Source: Eledone cirrhosa (lineage: Eukaryota). Taken from it: a stretch of DNA of 64,000 nt. Position 1 is the first letter of the stretch; every line of letters starts with the position of its first letter. Positions 22,311 through 33,369 of this stretch are shown in pieces. Position numbers and translations under genes: made by a program. Below the pieces are notes generated by a model. That model saw nothing but the letters and a program-made list of their open reading frames with translations, made no database searches and had not been told where the DNA came from. Location of the stretch: assembly GCA_964016885.1 (NCBI GenBank), contig OZ024754.1:372001-436000 (forward strand), given 5' to 3'.

Positions 22311-22849
22311 CGCCTAATCAATAACCAATCGATCGACAGAATCCAAACTCGGCCCATGCCGGTCATGACTGTTTGTGACAACCGACACGGTAAAGCGATT
22401 AGCAACTGGCACCCGATAGGACTCTATCTCTCAACTAGCCACTGATTTACACACTTTACGTGGGGACGGGAAGCTAAAAAGAATCAATCTTTTAGTTCCT
22501 GTCAGAAGCCCTCAGCCAACGTGACTCACACACAAATTATCAAGGGGTGAAAAGATGGCTATTAGAAATAGCAGTTCACATTGATATAAAATAGAATGGT
22601 AGCATTCGGTTCATGTCTCCAAGCCCCATGGCTAGAGGAAAGCGATGGTAACAATGGTAGTGCCAAGAACCTTTAACGGACTTTCAATGCGATCATCCAT
22701 TATATAACAATATAGTAGCGAGCTGAAATGTGTCAGCCACGTGCGTAGATAACCAGTCTAATTCACAACTTAAAAGAGAGACAAAATTAGTAGCAGGAAA
22801 AAGAGTGCATATCAAAACACAATAAAAAGTGAAAAATTGTTATATATAT

Positions 22850-22900
<51 letters not shown>

Positions 22901-23144
22901 TTTGAATCCCTAAAACTAGAGAAGCACCCAACCGACTGTTTTCAAACTTTAGACATGTAATACTTATGTTTCAGAGAGTGTTCTGAGCAAAAATAATTTC
23001 AAATTTTCAATGCCCTAGGGACCGCATTAGGCGATTTAGCAATCTCTCTCTATAATTCTTAGTCTTTCTCTTTTTAGATAGATACATACATATAACGTCG
23101 CGCCCTTATAATATCTGTCCGTATGTCTGGCTGTCTGTATTACG

Positions 23145-24330
23145 GTCCATTCTCTGCCAGGTTCAGGTGACCCCCCAAAGAGGATGTCCTCATCCTCGGG
23201 TCACCGATCCACCCACCGGCCATCCGCTGCACCATCAGGTCCAGGCTTCAACAGCTTCAGACTATTACGAGCCGACTGGGCTTGATTGACGGCCACCCAG
23301 CTCTCTTTCTGCTAAGGAACTGCTTCGCCATGACGAAACTCCTCTATACACTCCGCAGCGCTCCATGCTACACCCAGACATCTCTCCTCGCTGACCTCGA
23401 TACTTGTATCCGAGCAGCAGCCGAGGGATATGCAGCGTCAAGTTTGACGACATAGGGTGGCAACAGGCCACTTTATCTGTCAGGTATGGTGGCCTTGGCC
23501 TCCGGTCCCCGATCTCACTAGCTTTGCCGGCGTATCTTTCGTCGGTAACCTCGTGCCGCGTCCTCGCCAGCAGGGTTCTTCAAAACACAATAGAATCCTC
23601 TGTGTTCAGAGAACGTGAGGCCGCCTGTGAGACGTGGGACCGGCTGGGACTTAGCCCAGTAGACGTCCCTCTTCCTTCTCCCCCTGTTGACGTCAAGTCC
23701 CCCCAACGCACTTAGGATGCCATCCAGTGCAGCCTGTTCTCAGACAGGCTCACGCGCCAGCTCGACCAGCACCGCCTTGCTTGTTTTCGTGCGGCCTCCA
23801 AACCCCACAGTGGTGTCTGGCTCCATGCTCTGCCCTCCTTCTCCACTGGCACGCAGCTAGACAACCATAGCCTGCGAATCGGCGTTTCCCTGAGGCTCGG
23901 CCTACGGATCTGCCAGCCACACCAATGTCGCTGCGGTTCCACCGTGGACTCTTTCGGCCTCCACCCGCTTTCCTGTCACCACAGTGCCGGCCGCATTCCA
24001 CGCCATGCTGCCCTCAACGAGATCATTAAGCATGGCTTGGACGCTGCAGGCTTCCCTTCCCAGATCGAGCCGGTGGGGCTGGATCGAGAGGACGGCAAAA
24101 GGCCAGATGGCATGACCATCTTCCCGTTCCGCGGTGGCAAACCCCTCGTCTGTGATGCCACTTGCACCGACACTTTCTGCAGCTGCAACCTGGTGCAGTC
24201 TACGACTGACCCAGGTTCTGCTGCACGTCGGGCTGAGGGGGCCAAACTCCTCAAATACCGGTCGCTCTCCGACAGGTTTGCGGTCGTACCCCTGGCAGTG
24301 GAGACTTCTGGTGTCCTCGGCCCCAGGCTA
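23145..24330 (+). pseudogene. CRE-clade non-LTR retrotransposon fragment (RT C-terminus, zinc knuckle, restriction-like endonuclease), disrupted
   Basis: GC-rich. WQQATLSVRYGGLGLRS..LALPAYLSS; CRCGSTVDSFGLHPLSC; RHAALNEII; KRPDGMTIFPF..GKPLVCDATCTDT; PLAVETSGVLG. In-frame stop and frameshifts. Confidence 0.85.
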
Positions 24331-24384
24331 CCTCCTTACTCACCACCACGTGTTACATCCGGGTGTTTAAAGAAATTTTTTTCT

Positions 24385-24800
24385 GTTGTTAAAAACTGTA
24401 AATCTGTTTTAAAAAAATGTATTTCGCAGCAATTTTTTTCCTGTTAAAAACTGTAAATAAATATTCATGTAAAAATGAAGCATAGTGTTTCGGTTAAATA
24501 CATTTTTTTTAAAACAGATTTACAGTTTTAAACAACAGAAAAAAAATTTCTTTAAACAATATATTGTTGCGATATACAGTTTAAAATACTTTCGAAACAT
24601 TTACCTTCGTGAATATCGTGTGTTTAAAAAAAAAATGTATTTCGGAGCAATTTTTTTTCTGTTAAAAACTGTAAATAAATATTCATGTAAAAATGAAGCA
24701 TAGTATTTCGGTTAAAAACTTAAAAACTGTAAATAAATATTCATGTAAAAATGAAGCATAGTTTTTCTGTGAAAAACTGTAAATAAATATTTATTTTGTT
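24385..24800. repeat. AT-rich dispersed/tandem repeats inside the Helitron
   Basis: Recurring TTAAAAACTGTAAATAAATATTCATGTAAAAATGAAGCATAG. Confidence 0.8.
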
Positions 24801-26156
24801 CAAAAAATAAATAAAAAATCTAATTTTCTCTGTTAATATTTTAATAAATATTTATTCTAAAAATTCTTACATGCTTCATTTTTTCGTGTAAAAATGAAAC
24901 ATGTAAGAAAATGAATATGTAAAAATCAAGGAGCAGCAGCAGCTGATGACGTGTCGTGACGTATCGTGTAGTGGGTGGAGCTAATAATTGAATGTCGATG
25001 ATGATAATTTAGGACACTAAAACCAAGTATCGCCCCCTTGGCGAAATTGCGAAGAATGACGCGTGTTTTTATTTTAATTCTAATACATGTTAACCACCAT
25101 TAACAGTAATTGCATATCATCGACATTGCTATTTCGCTGTTAATAAACAACGCTTTTCACGTCGCTCCACTTCTCATTGTACGCCGTCCAGCCCTAAGTG
25201 CATATTTCTATTTTTTTTTTCCTGAAACTGCTTCTTTATAATAAACTTTCAATAATATTTTTCAAATTATTAACTTAATAAAAAGTGGCCCCGGGTGCAA
25301 CCGGGCTCAGCTGCTAGTTATATATAAACTTCATTAGGAGAAAATTAGTGACGGAAAATTAGCATGTTTATTTAAGCGATCGCCACCGGAAGTGTTGACA
25401 TTTCAGAAATTTTAAAGAAGTGAATCTTTAAATAAACAAAATATATTTAATGAACAGCCACGAAATTTAGTAGATAAATTATGTAATATTCATTCATTGG
25501 CAGTATCGGTAGAGGGTCGGACGCCGTTCTTTGCAGCAAAGAGTTACGGCCCTTTATGGTCTGAGTTCAAATCCCGCCTTTCAACCTTACGGGGTCGATA
25601 AAATAAAGTACCAGTAATACACTGGGATAATTGCTGGCCTTGTGCCAAAAGTAGAAACAATTATTTATTCAAAGTAATCCAAATTATTTTACAAACGGGA
25701 TAAAAAAAAAAAAATCGTACGCAATCCCGCAGACCTTCCTTTATTATAGTTTAGATATATATATATATTTTTTTTTTTTGAGAATGGAGAGAAAGAATGA
25801 ACGAATGCACGGTGGACAGAAGAAGAAAAGACAACTCATGTCAGGTATGATATCAGTCCACGTTAGAAGGTTAAGGTAGCTTTTGAAGGTTTAAAGTTTA
25901 AACCTTCAAACGCTACTTTAAACAAATATAAAAGAAGTTGTGTAATTATTAAGTGTTTAACTGTTATTGTCAGGGCGGTGGTTGCAGTATTGGTAGAGGG
26001 TCGGACAACATGCTTTGCAACAAAGAGTTACGTCCCTTTATGGTTAACTTTGCCTTTCATTTTTACGGGGTCGATAAAATAAAGTACCAGTAATACACTG
26101 GGATAATTGCTGGCCTTGTGCCAAAAGTAGAAACAATTATTGTCTGTTACAGCAGT

Positions 26157-27395
26157 CTACAGTTTTCTTCTAGTTTGTATTTCATCTAATTGTTTTATTC
26201 CAAACAATGCTTTTATTTCTTCCATGAAATTTTGATTCCTGCAGCTATAAATAATGGGATTTACACTTGAGTTGATGTAAAAACTATGTCGTGCAAGCCA
26301 ATAGAAAATGGCTGTGGCTACCGACATTCTGTCTTCGGATTTCAGTACTGCGTTTACCATCATGGCGATAATGCAAGGTAAATATGTCACTATAAAAACA
26401 ACAGTAATCATCATCATCGTTATAGTGGTACGGTGTATCCTATTCGCTTGTTCTCTAGCTCTTCTTTCGCTGTCCGTCTCTCGCAATTTAGTATTTTTCT
26501 TATTCATATTTGACACATTATCTGAAGAAACTCCAGATGACGTTTCTGTAATGGACAATTCAATTATCTCTATAGAAACATTCGAAGATAACTGACTGGA
26601 ATCAGTGGTTTCCGGTTTTTTAACAAATCGTTGTTCACCTTTCTCGAGAAGCACGACATCTGCAATGCTCTTTCGATTTTGTTGTGATTCAATTCTTTTT
26701 CTCTCTATGAATTTCAATTTTTGGAGAATTATGGTGTACAAGACAACGAGAAGAACGAACGCAAACACTGTTAAAAGAAAATAGAATGCAAAGAATCCAA
26801 GTTGATAATAATTCGGCTTCTTGGACTTTTTTGACGAGCAGGAATAGCTGTAGATACCAGGGTACTTGGTCGATTTCTTAATACTTCCATAGTAAAGAAG
26901 CACAATACTTCCCTGTATAGCACAGAAAAGAAAAATACAGACTACAATAATTTTAGCAATTTTCATAGTTATTTGTGGTTTCAGTGGATGACATACTTTT
27001 CTGTACCTATCTATAGCAATAGCGGCGAGGAAACCACAATTACAAAGTCCTGCAAATACAGATAAACACATATGGTTCTTGCACATTGCATCCCATGTTG
27101 TCATCAAGGGGTAAACATTTTGTACAATACGACCTGGTGTTATAATGGTACACATTATTAAATCAGCAGAAGCTAGCATGACAACAAACAGATAAGTTGG
27201 TGAGAGTTTCAAACGAAATCCGTAAACATAAATAGTTAAAATGTTACCAACGAAACCAAAGATCATTGTTAATATAACTAGAATGGTAGAAGGAATTCTT
27301 ATTAAAACTTGTTGCCTATTGAGTTCTTCAATAGTGACATTATATTCTGTACTGTTTACTGTTCCGTTCAGTATTGTTGTAGCAAACGACGTCAT
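26157..27395 (-). CDS. Class A (rhodopsin-like) GPCR, peptide-receptor-like orphan, intronless CDS; paralogue A (412 aa)
   Basis: Seven hydrophobic segments; GN (TM1), LASAD (TM2), Cys at the top of TM3 and in ECL2, AIDRY, NSSVNPIIY; N-terminal N-glycosylation sequons. Confidence 0.95.
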   Translation of the reverse strand: MTSFATTILNGTVNSTEYNVTIEELNRQQVLIRIPSTILVILTMIFGFVGNILTIYVYGFRLKLSPTYLFVVMLASADLIMCTIITPGRIVQNVYPLMTTWDAMCKNHMCLSVFAGLCNCGFLAAIAIDRYRKVCHPLKPQITMKIAKIIVVCIFLFCAIQGSIVLLYYGSIKKSTKYPGIYSYSCSSKKSKKPNYYQLGFFAFYFLLTVFAFVLLVVLYTIILQKLKFIERKRIESQQNRKSIADVVLLEKGEQRFVKKPETTDSSQLSSNVSIEIIELSITETSSGVSSDNVSNMNKKNTKLRETDSERRAREQANRIHRTTITMMMITVVFIVTYLPCIIAMMVNAVLKSEDRMSVATAIFYWLARHSFYINSSVNPIIYSCRNQNFMEEIKALFGIKQLDEIQTRRKL

Positions 27396-27829
27396 CCTTT
27401 TTTAGGTTTTTCACAATTTTTTAGGCTTTTCACAATTCGATCTGATTAGGTAAAAAAAAAAGAAAAAATAATGTAAAATATATTTCAAATACTATCCCCA
27501 CCATAACCATTCTCACAAGAACAACAGCAGCAGCAGCAGCAGCAGTAACAACAACAACAACAACGACAATAATAATAATTGTTTCTACTTTTGGCACAAG
27601 GCCATCAATTACCCAGTACATTACTGGTACTTTATTTTATCGACCCCGTAAGGATGAAAGGCAAAGTTAACCTCGGTGGGATTTGAACTCAGACCGCAAA
27701 GGGACGTAACTATGCTGGAAAGCATGGCGTCCGACCCTCTACCGATACTGCCAATCCACCACCGACGACAATAAAATAATAATAATATTAATAATAATAA
27801 TAATAATTGTTTCTACTTTATAATAATAA

Positions 27830-28545
27830 TAATAGAAATATAAAAGATAGTACTAATGGGAACTGCCCCTATACTAAGGAAGATTCTGTCAATATAAATA
27901 CATCACAAGTCTAAACACCTAAAGGTACATGTATGTGTGTATGTGTGTTCTTTCTTGAACATGGCGGACCTTGTTGTCTCTTGAGGTCAATGGTTGTGAC
28001 TTAGTGATAACTCGTATGAACATAAAGTAAGATAAATGAAAAAAAAAAATAATATAAGAGGAAAGGTGATTCACTGGCATTTATGCAAACTAAATAATTT
28101 ACCACATTCTGAGAAGTAGTGTGAGCATAAGCCAGAGTCGGTGATAGAAAACGGTCAAGTGAAGTTGCTGTGGGATTTCAGGATACAGACAGACAAGAAA
28201 TTAGAACACAATAGTCCTGACCTGGTGGCTTTTGACAAGGAAAAGAAGTCGTGCCTGATTGTAGATGTAACCTGTACCTTTGACACAAGAGTGCAAGAAA
28301 AGGAGGAGAAAATTAACCGATACCAGGATTTAAAGTGGGAGTTAAAAATGATTTGTGACTGTCATGAGATCAAGGTCGTCCCGATTGTCATAGGAGCACT
28401 AGGTACTATCTCAAAGAGTTTTCAAGGATGGTTAAAGAACATTAGTCCAGCCCCCTTTTTTGGAACTCTTCAAAAGCATGCTTGCTGGAAACAGCAAGAA
28501 CTCTCCGATACGTCCTGAATATCTGAGGCTGCAGGTAGAGGCTTG
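27830..28545 (+). mobile_element. R4/Dong-clade non-LTR retrotransposon 3' fragments (restriction-like endonuclease)
   Basis: IHWHLCK...VIENGQVKLLWDFRIQTDKKLEHNSPDLV...CLIVDV...KINRYQDLKWEL...VVPIVIGALGT; a second terminal piece IVLMGTAPILRKILS at ~27845-27897; adjoins a (TAA)n tract. Confidence 0.8.
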
Positions 28546-28549
28546 ATAT

Positions 28550-28850
28550 TCATTTGAACAAACTGCCAAGAGATCGCCGAACAAGTCTGGCGCGTATGCA
28601 TAATGTTCGTAGGGCAGACTATCCAAACCTGGCAATTTACCCCTCGTGCAGTCAGACATCGCTTCCCGTATTTCACCTGCTGTTATCGGCTTTTCGCAAT
28701 ACTGCGCTGCGAACCTTGAGAGCCGCGGAAGTCCGTCGAGGTATACACCGAAGTCAATATCCGATCCGATCTGCCGCTGCTCCCGAACAGTTCTGCTGAA
28801 AAGCCTCACACATCTGCTCGGGTTCGAGTAACATGCGCCCATTTTGGTGC
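28550..28850 (-). mobile_element. L1/Tx1-type LINE fragment
   Basis: CEKPITAGEIREAMSDCTRGKLPGLDSLPYEHY resembles the pre-RT K(S)PG.DGLP.EFY motif. Confidence 0.65.
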
Positions 28851-29239
28851 TTTATTTTATCGCTCTAACTTTGCTGTCCCAGTGCCTAAATTAGAAATCA
28901 ATATATCTCTGAAAGAAATGGAAAACTCTCTGACAAAAATCAAGATAACCAAAATTTAGTGATTGAAAATAGATGTTTAGGGAATTAGATGTAGAAAAAT
29001 ACATTAACAAAGCCCCAGGTCTTACACATGAACACCACGTGTAGAATATAGCACCACTTACAACAGGGCTGCAGGTCTTACACATATACATAAGTTGTGT
29101 ACATGTGTATACTTACACATGTACACAACTTGTTAGTGTGACAAAGTGGCCATATTCTGGAATATGCAAACTGATACAGACATGGGTGCTCTTGTCAAAG
29201 AAAAACCGGAAAAGAAATGTTTATTCATCAATGTATCAA

Positions 29240-29600
29240 TTACAAGAATCTGGCTAAGAGATTTAGGGATATTGTCAAGTCCAAGCTAGCTGTCGTAGAG
29301 TGCAGCCGATCAAATGTTTACAATGCAGCAAGTCTTTGAGAAATCGTGGGAGTATTGCCAAGAGGTGTATATTTGTTTCGCAAATCTCGAAAAGGCATAT
29401 GACCGCGTTCCACAGAAATTATTGTGGAAGGTTCTGTATGAGTATGAGATCGATGGACAGCTTCTTGTTGCCTTGAAATCTCTATACCAATGCCATTGTG
29501 TTTGTGTTTAGTTATATAGTTCTAAGCAAAAACTATTCAATGTGAGTGTCGGAATCCGACAATGGGGTGTACTGTCACCAGTCCTGTTCATAATTATTGC
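29240..29600 (+). mobile_element. RTE-type LINE reverse transcriptase fragment
   Basis: DQMFTMQQVFEKSWEY...CFANLEKAYDRVP..LLWKVL..Y...GIRQ..VLSPVLF. Confidence 0.8.
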
Positions 29601-30403
29601 GCAGGGTTGTTTAAATATGATAATAATTGTTTCTACTTTAAGCACAAGGCCAGCAATTTGGGGAGAGGGGAAAGTCAATTAAATCGACCTCAGTGCATTA
29701 CTGGTGCTTTATTTTATCAACCGCGTAAGGATGAAAGGCAAAGCTAACCTCGACCGGATTTGAACTCGGATCATAAAGGGCCGTAACTCAATGCCACAAA
29801 GCATGTTGTCCGACGCTCTACCGATACTGATAATCCACCACCCTTTAAATACGATAATTATAATAATAAAAAACAAACAAATATTACACTTACCGAAGCC
29901 AGTTGGAGATTCAGTCGTGGGAAGGTGGAATTAAAATGAAATCTTTGCAATAAGTCACAAATGTAACAAAAATATTCGTCTCCTTGCATAAAAACGTTCT
30001 GACCAACAGCCAAGAGATATAACAATAGGAATATTTGGAGATAAATATATTTTGTGTATCTTATTTGCCGAGACACTACAATAGGATGACATAAACTAAT
30101 TTCCTCGAAATACACTTGACTATACAATAGACGTGCGAAAGTGCGAAAGGCAGCTACTTAAAAAATGTTAATAGGAAAATTATTTGAAACATTAATTATA
30201 ACAGACCAGCCGGATAGCACGTGACTCTGGCATCAATTTCTATTGTCGAATTGTGTTAACTATATGAAATGACTGCTGAAGAGTAATTATACCAGTCCAA
30301 TCGTTGAAATATGATACTACTAGTAATTATGGGCAACGGGAAAGTCAATTAAATCGACTCCAGCATTTAACTGGCACGAGATATTATCGAGTCGAATTGA
30401 CTG

Positions 30404-31034
30404 AGTCGTTAGAACGTCAGATAAAATGGTAGTGTCATTAGAACGTCAGATAGAATGGTAGAGTCGTTAGAACGTCAGATAGAATGGTAGAGTCGTTAGA
30501 ACGTCAGATAGAATGGTAGAGTGGTTAGAACGTCAGATAGAATGGTAGTGTCATTAGAACGTCAGATAGAATGGTAGAGTGGTTAGAACGTCAGATAGAA
30601 TGGTAGAGTGGTTAGAACGTCAGATAAAATGGTAGTGTCATTAGAACGTCAGATAGAATGGTAGAGTGGTTAGAACGTCAGATAAAATGGTAGTGTCATT
30701 AGAACGTCAGATAGAATGGTAGTGTCATTAGAACGTCAGATAGAATGGTAGAGTGGTTAGAACGTCAGATAGAATGGTAGAGTGGTTAGAACGTCAGATA
30801 GAATGGTAGAGTGGTTAGAACGTCAGATAAAATGGTAGTGTCATTAGAACGTCAGATAGAATGGTAGAGTTGTTAGAACGTCAGATAGAATGGTAGAGTC
30901 GTTAGAACGTCTGATAGAATAGTAGAGTGGTTAGAACGTCTGATAGAATGGTAGAGTGGTGAGAACGTCAGATAGAATGCTTTGCGGTATTTGTTTCGGC
31001 CAGCTGCTTTCTGAGTTCAAATCCCGCCGAGGTC
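30404..31034 (+). repeat. 29-bp tandem array (~19-20 copies) forming the expanded head of a SINE
   Basis: TAGAACGTCAGATAGAATGGTAGAGTGGT units run straight into ATGCTTTGCGG...GAGTTCAAATCCCGCCGAGGTC (B-box). Confidence 0.9.
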
Positions 31035-31601
31035 AATCGTGTGTCAGTTAGATGCAGTTTATTCACGAGAGTTTCGAGCTGGCGAAGCTTGGACTTGAGG
31101 GTGAAAAAGATTTGTTCGGTAAGAATAGAATAGACAGATACGGCTTGACTGGAGCAAACTTGAAGCAAATGGTCACAGCGCAGACAGTTTCTCGTATCGA
31201 ACTTAACGATGAGATGCCTAGAATCAATGGACACCGGAACAGGTGGGCAGTTATTGATGAATTGGTTCCCTCACGTCAGCCAGCCACATCAACTTCGCCT
31301 CTCAACCAGTTCAGAAGTGACAAACCTATAAATAATGACGCCACCACTAAAAATTGTCAGGACCAGTTTACCATCACAATTCGAGCCTGTCGGCCCCGAC
31401 TGTAGTGACAGTGAGCGCTCAGACGTGATAACATTCTTCCCGTTTGAGGTGAGGCTAAATCTCTAATCTGGAACGACATGTGTTGCAGCATGTCGTAAGA
31501 AACTGGTATTATACCCAATTTATTCATCTATATATATATATATATATATTATAATGAAATGACAGGAGGCTGGATTTGTGTAAATCCTTGAAAGGTTTAT
31601 T

Positions 31602-31659
31602 ATACTATGATCATTTCCATGACCGGGTTCCGTATGAATCCGGTGATATCATCAGGTAT
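31602..31659 (-). ncRNA. Minimal type-I hammerhead ribozyme motif
   Basis: Minus: AUAC CUGAUGA UAUCACCGG[loop]CCGGUCAUG GAAA UGAUCA UA^GUAU, then AAUAAA; palindromic stem III AUGAUCAU. Confidence 0.65.
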
Positions 31660-32285
31660 TCGAAATATAATACGTGAATGTAATAGATAAAATCGAGGAC
31701 CCGAGGGCGACCGCTATTCTGCTCCTTCAACCTCAGCCGGTGGCCCTCGAGTGACGTGGCTAAAGTTTACAGTGTGCTACTACCGGTCAGATAAACGAAA
31801 ACAGAAAGGGATGGGGACATAAGTTAGCGTCAACTCATGCCACAAGATAAAAGAAAGAAAGAAAGGAAGGAGAGAGAAGAAGGGGGAAGAGAAGCCAGGG
31901 TTAATGTCAGCTATAAGAAGAAAGACAACTACTACCGGTCAGATATAGGCAAACAAAAGAGGTAAGGAAGATAAGTCTGCGGCAGGAAGACAGGGGGAGG
32001 AAAGAAGAGAAGGAAGAGAAGGGAGAAGTAGAAAAGTAAGGGTTGATGGCTACAAGAAGGAAGATAGAAAGAAAGAGGGAGAAAGGTCGATATTAATGTC
32101 AGGCCAGGAGATTTACACAAATCCAGCCTCCTGTCATTTCATTATAATATTTAACTCCGTAATAGCACCACCAACTACAAAAACAAAGACGGTTGAACTG
32201 CTTTACATTGAGTACTCTCTATATTATTACATTACGATTGACCATACGGAATAGACCAGCTCTATACAGTGGTGAACCTCAAACC

Positions 32286-32380
<95 letters not shown>

Positions 32381-32407
32381 GTATATATATATATATATAT
32401 ATATATA

Positions 32408-32464
<57 letters not shown>

Positions 32465-32567
32465 TTCTATTTAAATTGTTGGGATACAACAAGCAAATAT
32501 TTTTATAACTGATATTTGCATTCTTTAAGGGTATGTCAATATTTATTTATAAAACTGCTCTATATTA

Positions 32568-32632
32568 TATTTTATCTGATGAAAGCACACCATAATTTAA
32601 CTTGGTGTCTTTGAAATATGTATAATGAAATA
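32568..32632 (+). ncRNA. Hammerhead ribozyme motif, diverged relative of the 15932/17107 family
   Basis: TATTTTAT CTGATGA AAGCACACCA[loop]TGGTGTCTTT GAAA TATGTA TA^ATGAAATA, between (TA)n tracts. Confidence 0.6.
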
Positions 32633-32671
32633 AATATGGTTTTATAAATATAGTTTCCATTTGTTAATATC

Positions 32672-32728
<57 letters not shown>

Positions 32729-32731
32729 CAC

Positions 32732-32821
<90 letters not shown>

Positions 32822-33019
32822 TTATATACATTCATTTATTATGGCTATAGGTGAGCTTTGTTACTCTAAAGTTTCACCTGTGCACTCACAGATCACCAGT
32901 CTTACCTGGTGAGTACGCAGGTGAGACTCCAGAGTAACAAGGCTTAGTTATAATAAATGAATATTTAAACTCTACTTCGATATTGAGTTTTCATTCTTAC
33001 GTCCGTCAATAATTCACGT

Positions 33020-33367
33020 ACTCTCAGGTCCTGAATAATCGTCCCCACACCCCGCTTATTAATTTGTCTGATTCCCCACCCGCTTATTAAATTTTACTAA
33101 TATATATCTCCCTCGAAATTTTATTGTAAGTGATTCATATTGATACAGTTGTTGGAGAATCTAATAATAATTTTTTGTAAGTGATTCATATTGATACAGC
33201 TGTTGGAGAATCTAATAATAATTTTATTTTACATTTAAAAAAAAACATATATGACAAGAAGAACATTACAAGAAATTCCATATTTACGAACGTACCCTAT
33301 ACAATTACTGATTTCCCAAGGCCCCCTCCCCCATTATTGCTACCCTTATTATTTGGGCCCCGAGAGC
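33020..33367. mobile_element. Probable MITE with imperfect TIRs
   Basis: CTCTCAGGTCCTGAATAAT ... ATTATTTGGGCCCCGAGAG. Confidence 0.4.
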
Positions 33368-33369
33368 GC

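Larger units (their letters stand above)
22841..25317 (+). mobile_element. Non-autonomous Helitron carrying a CRE retrotransposon fragment and AT-rich internal repeats
   Basis: 22890-23144 is almost identical to 18208-18462; 3' hairpin CCCGGGTGCAACCGGG and CTAG|T at 25314-25318. Confidence 0.6.

Noticed and set aside
30210-30272. CTGAAGA followed by a pairing stem
   Set aside because: Truncated before GAAA by a SINE fragment; not counted as a ribozyme.
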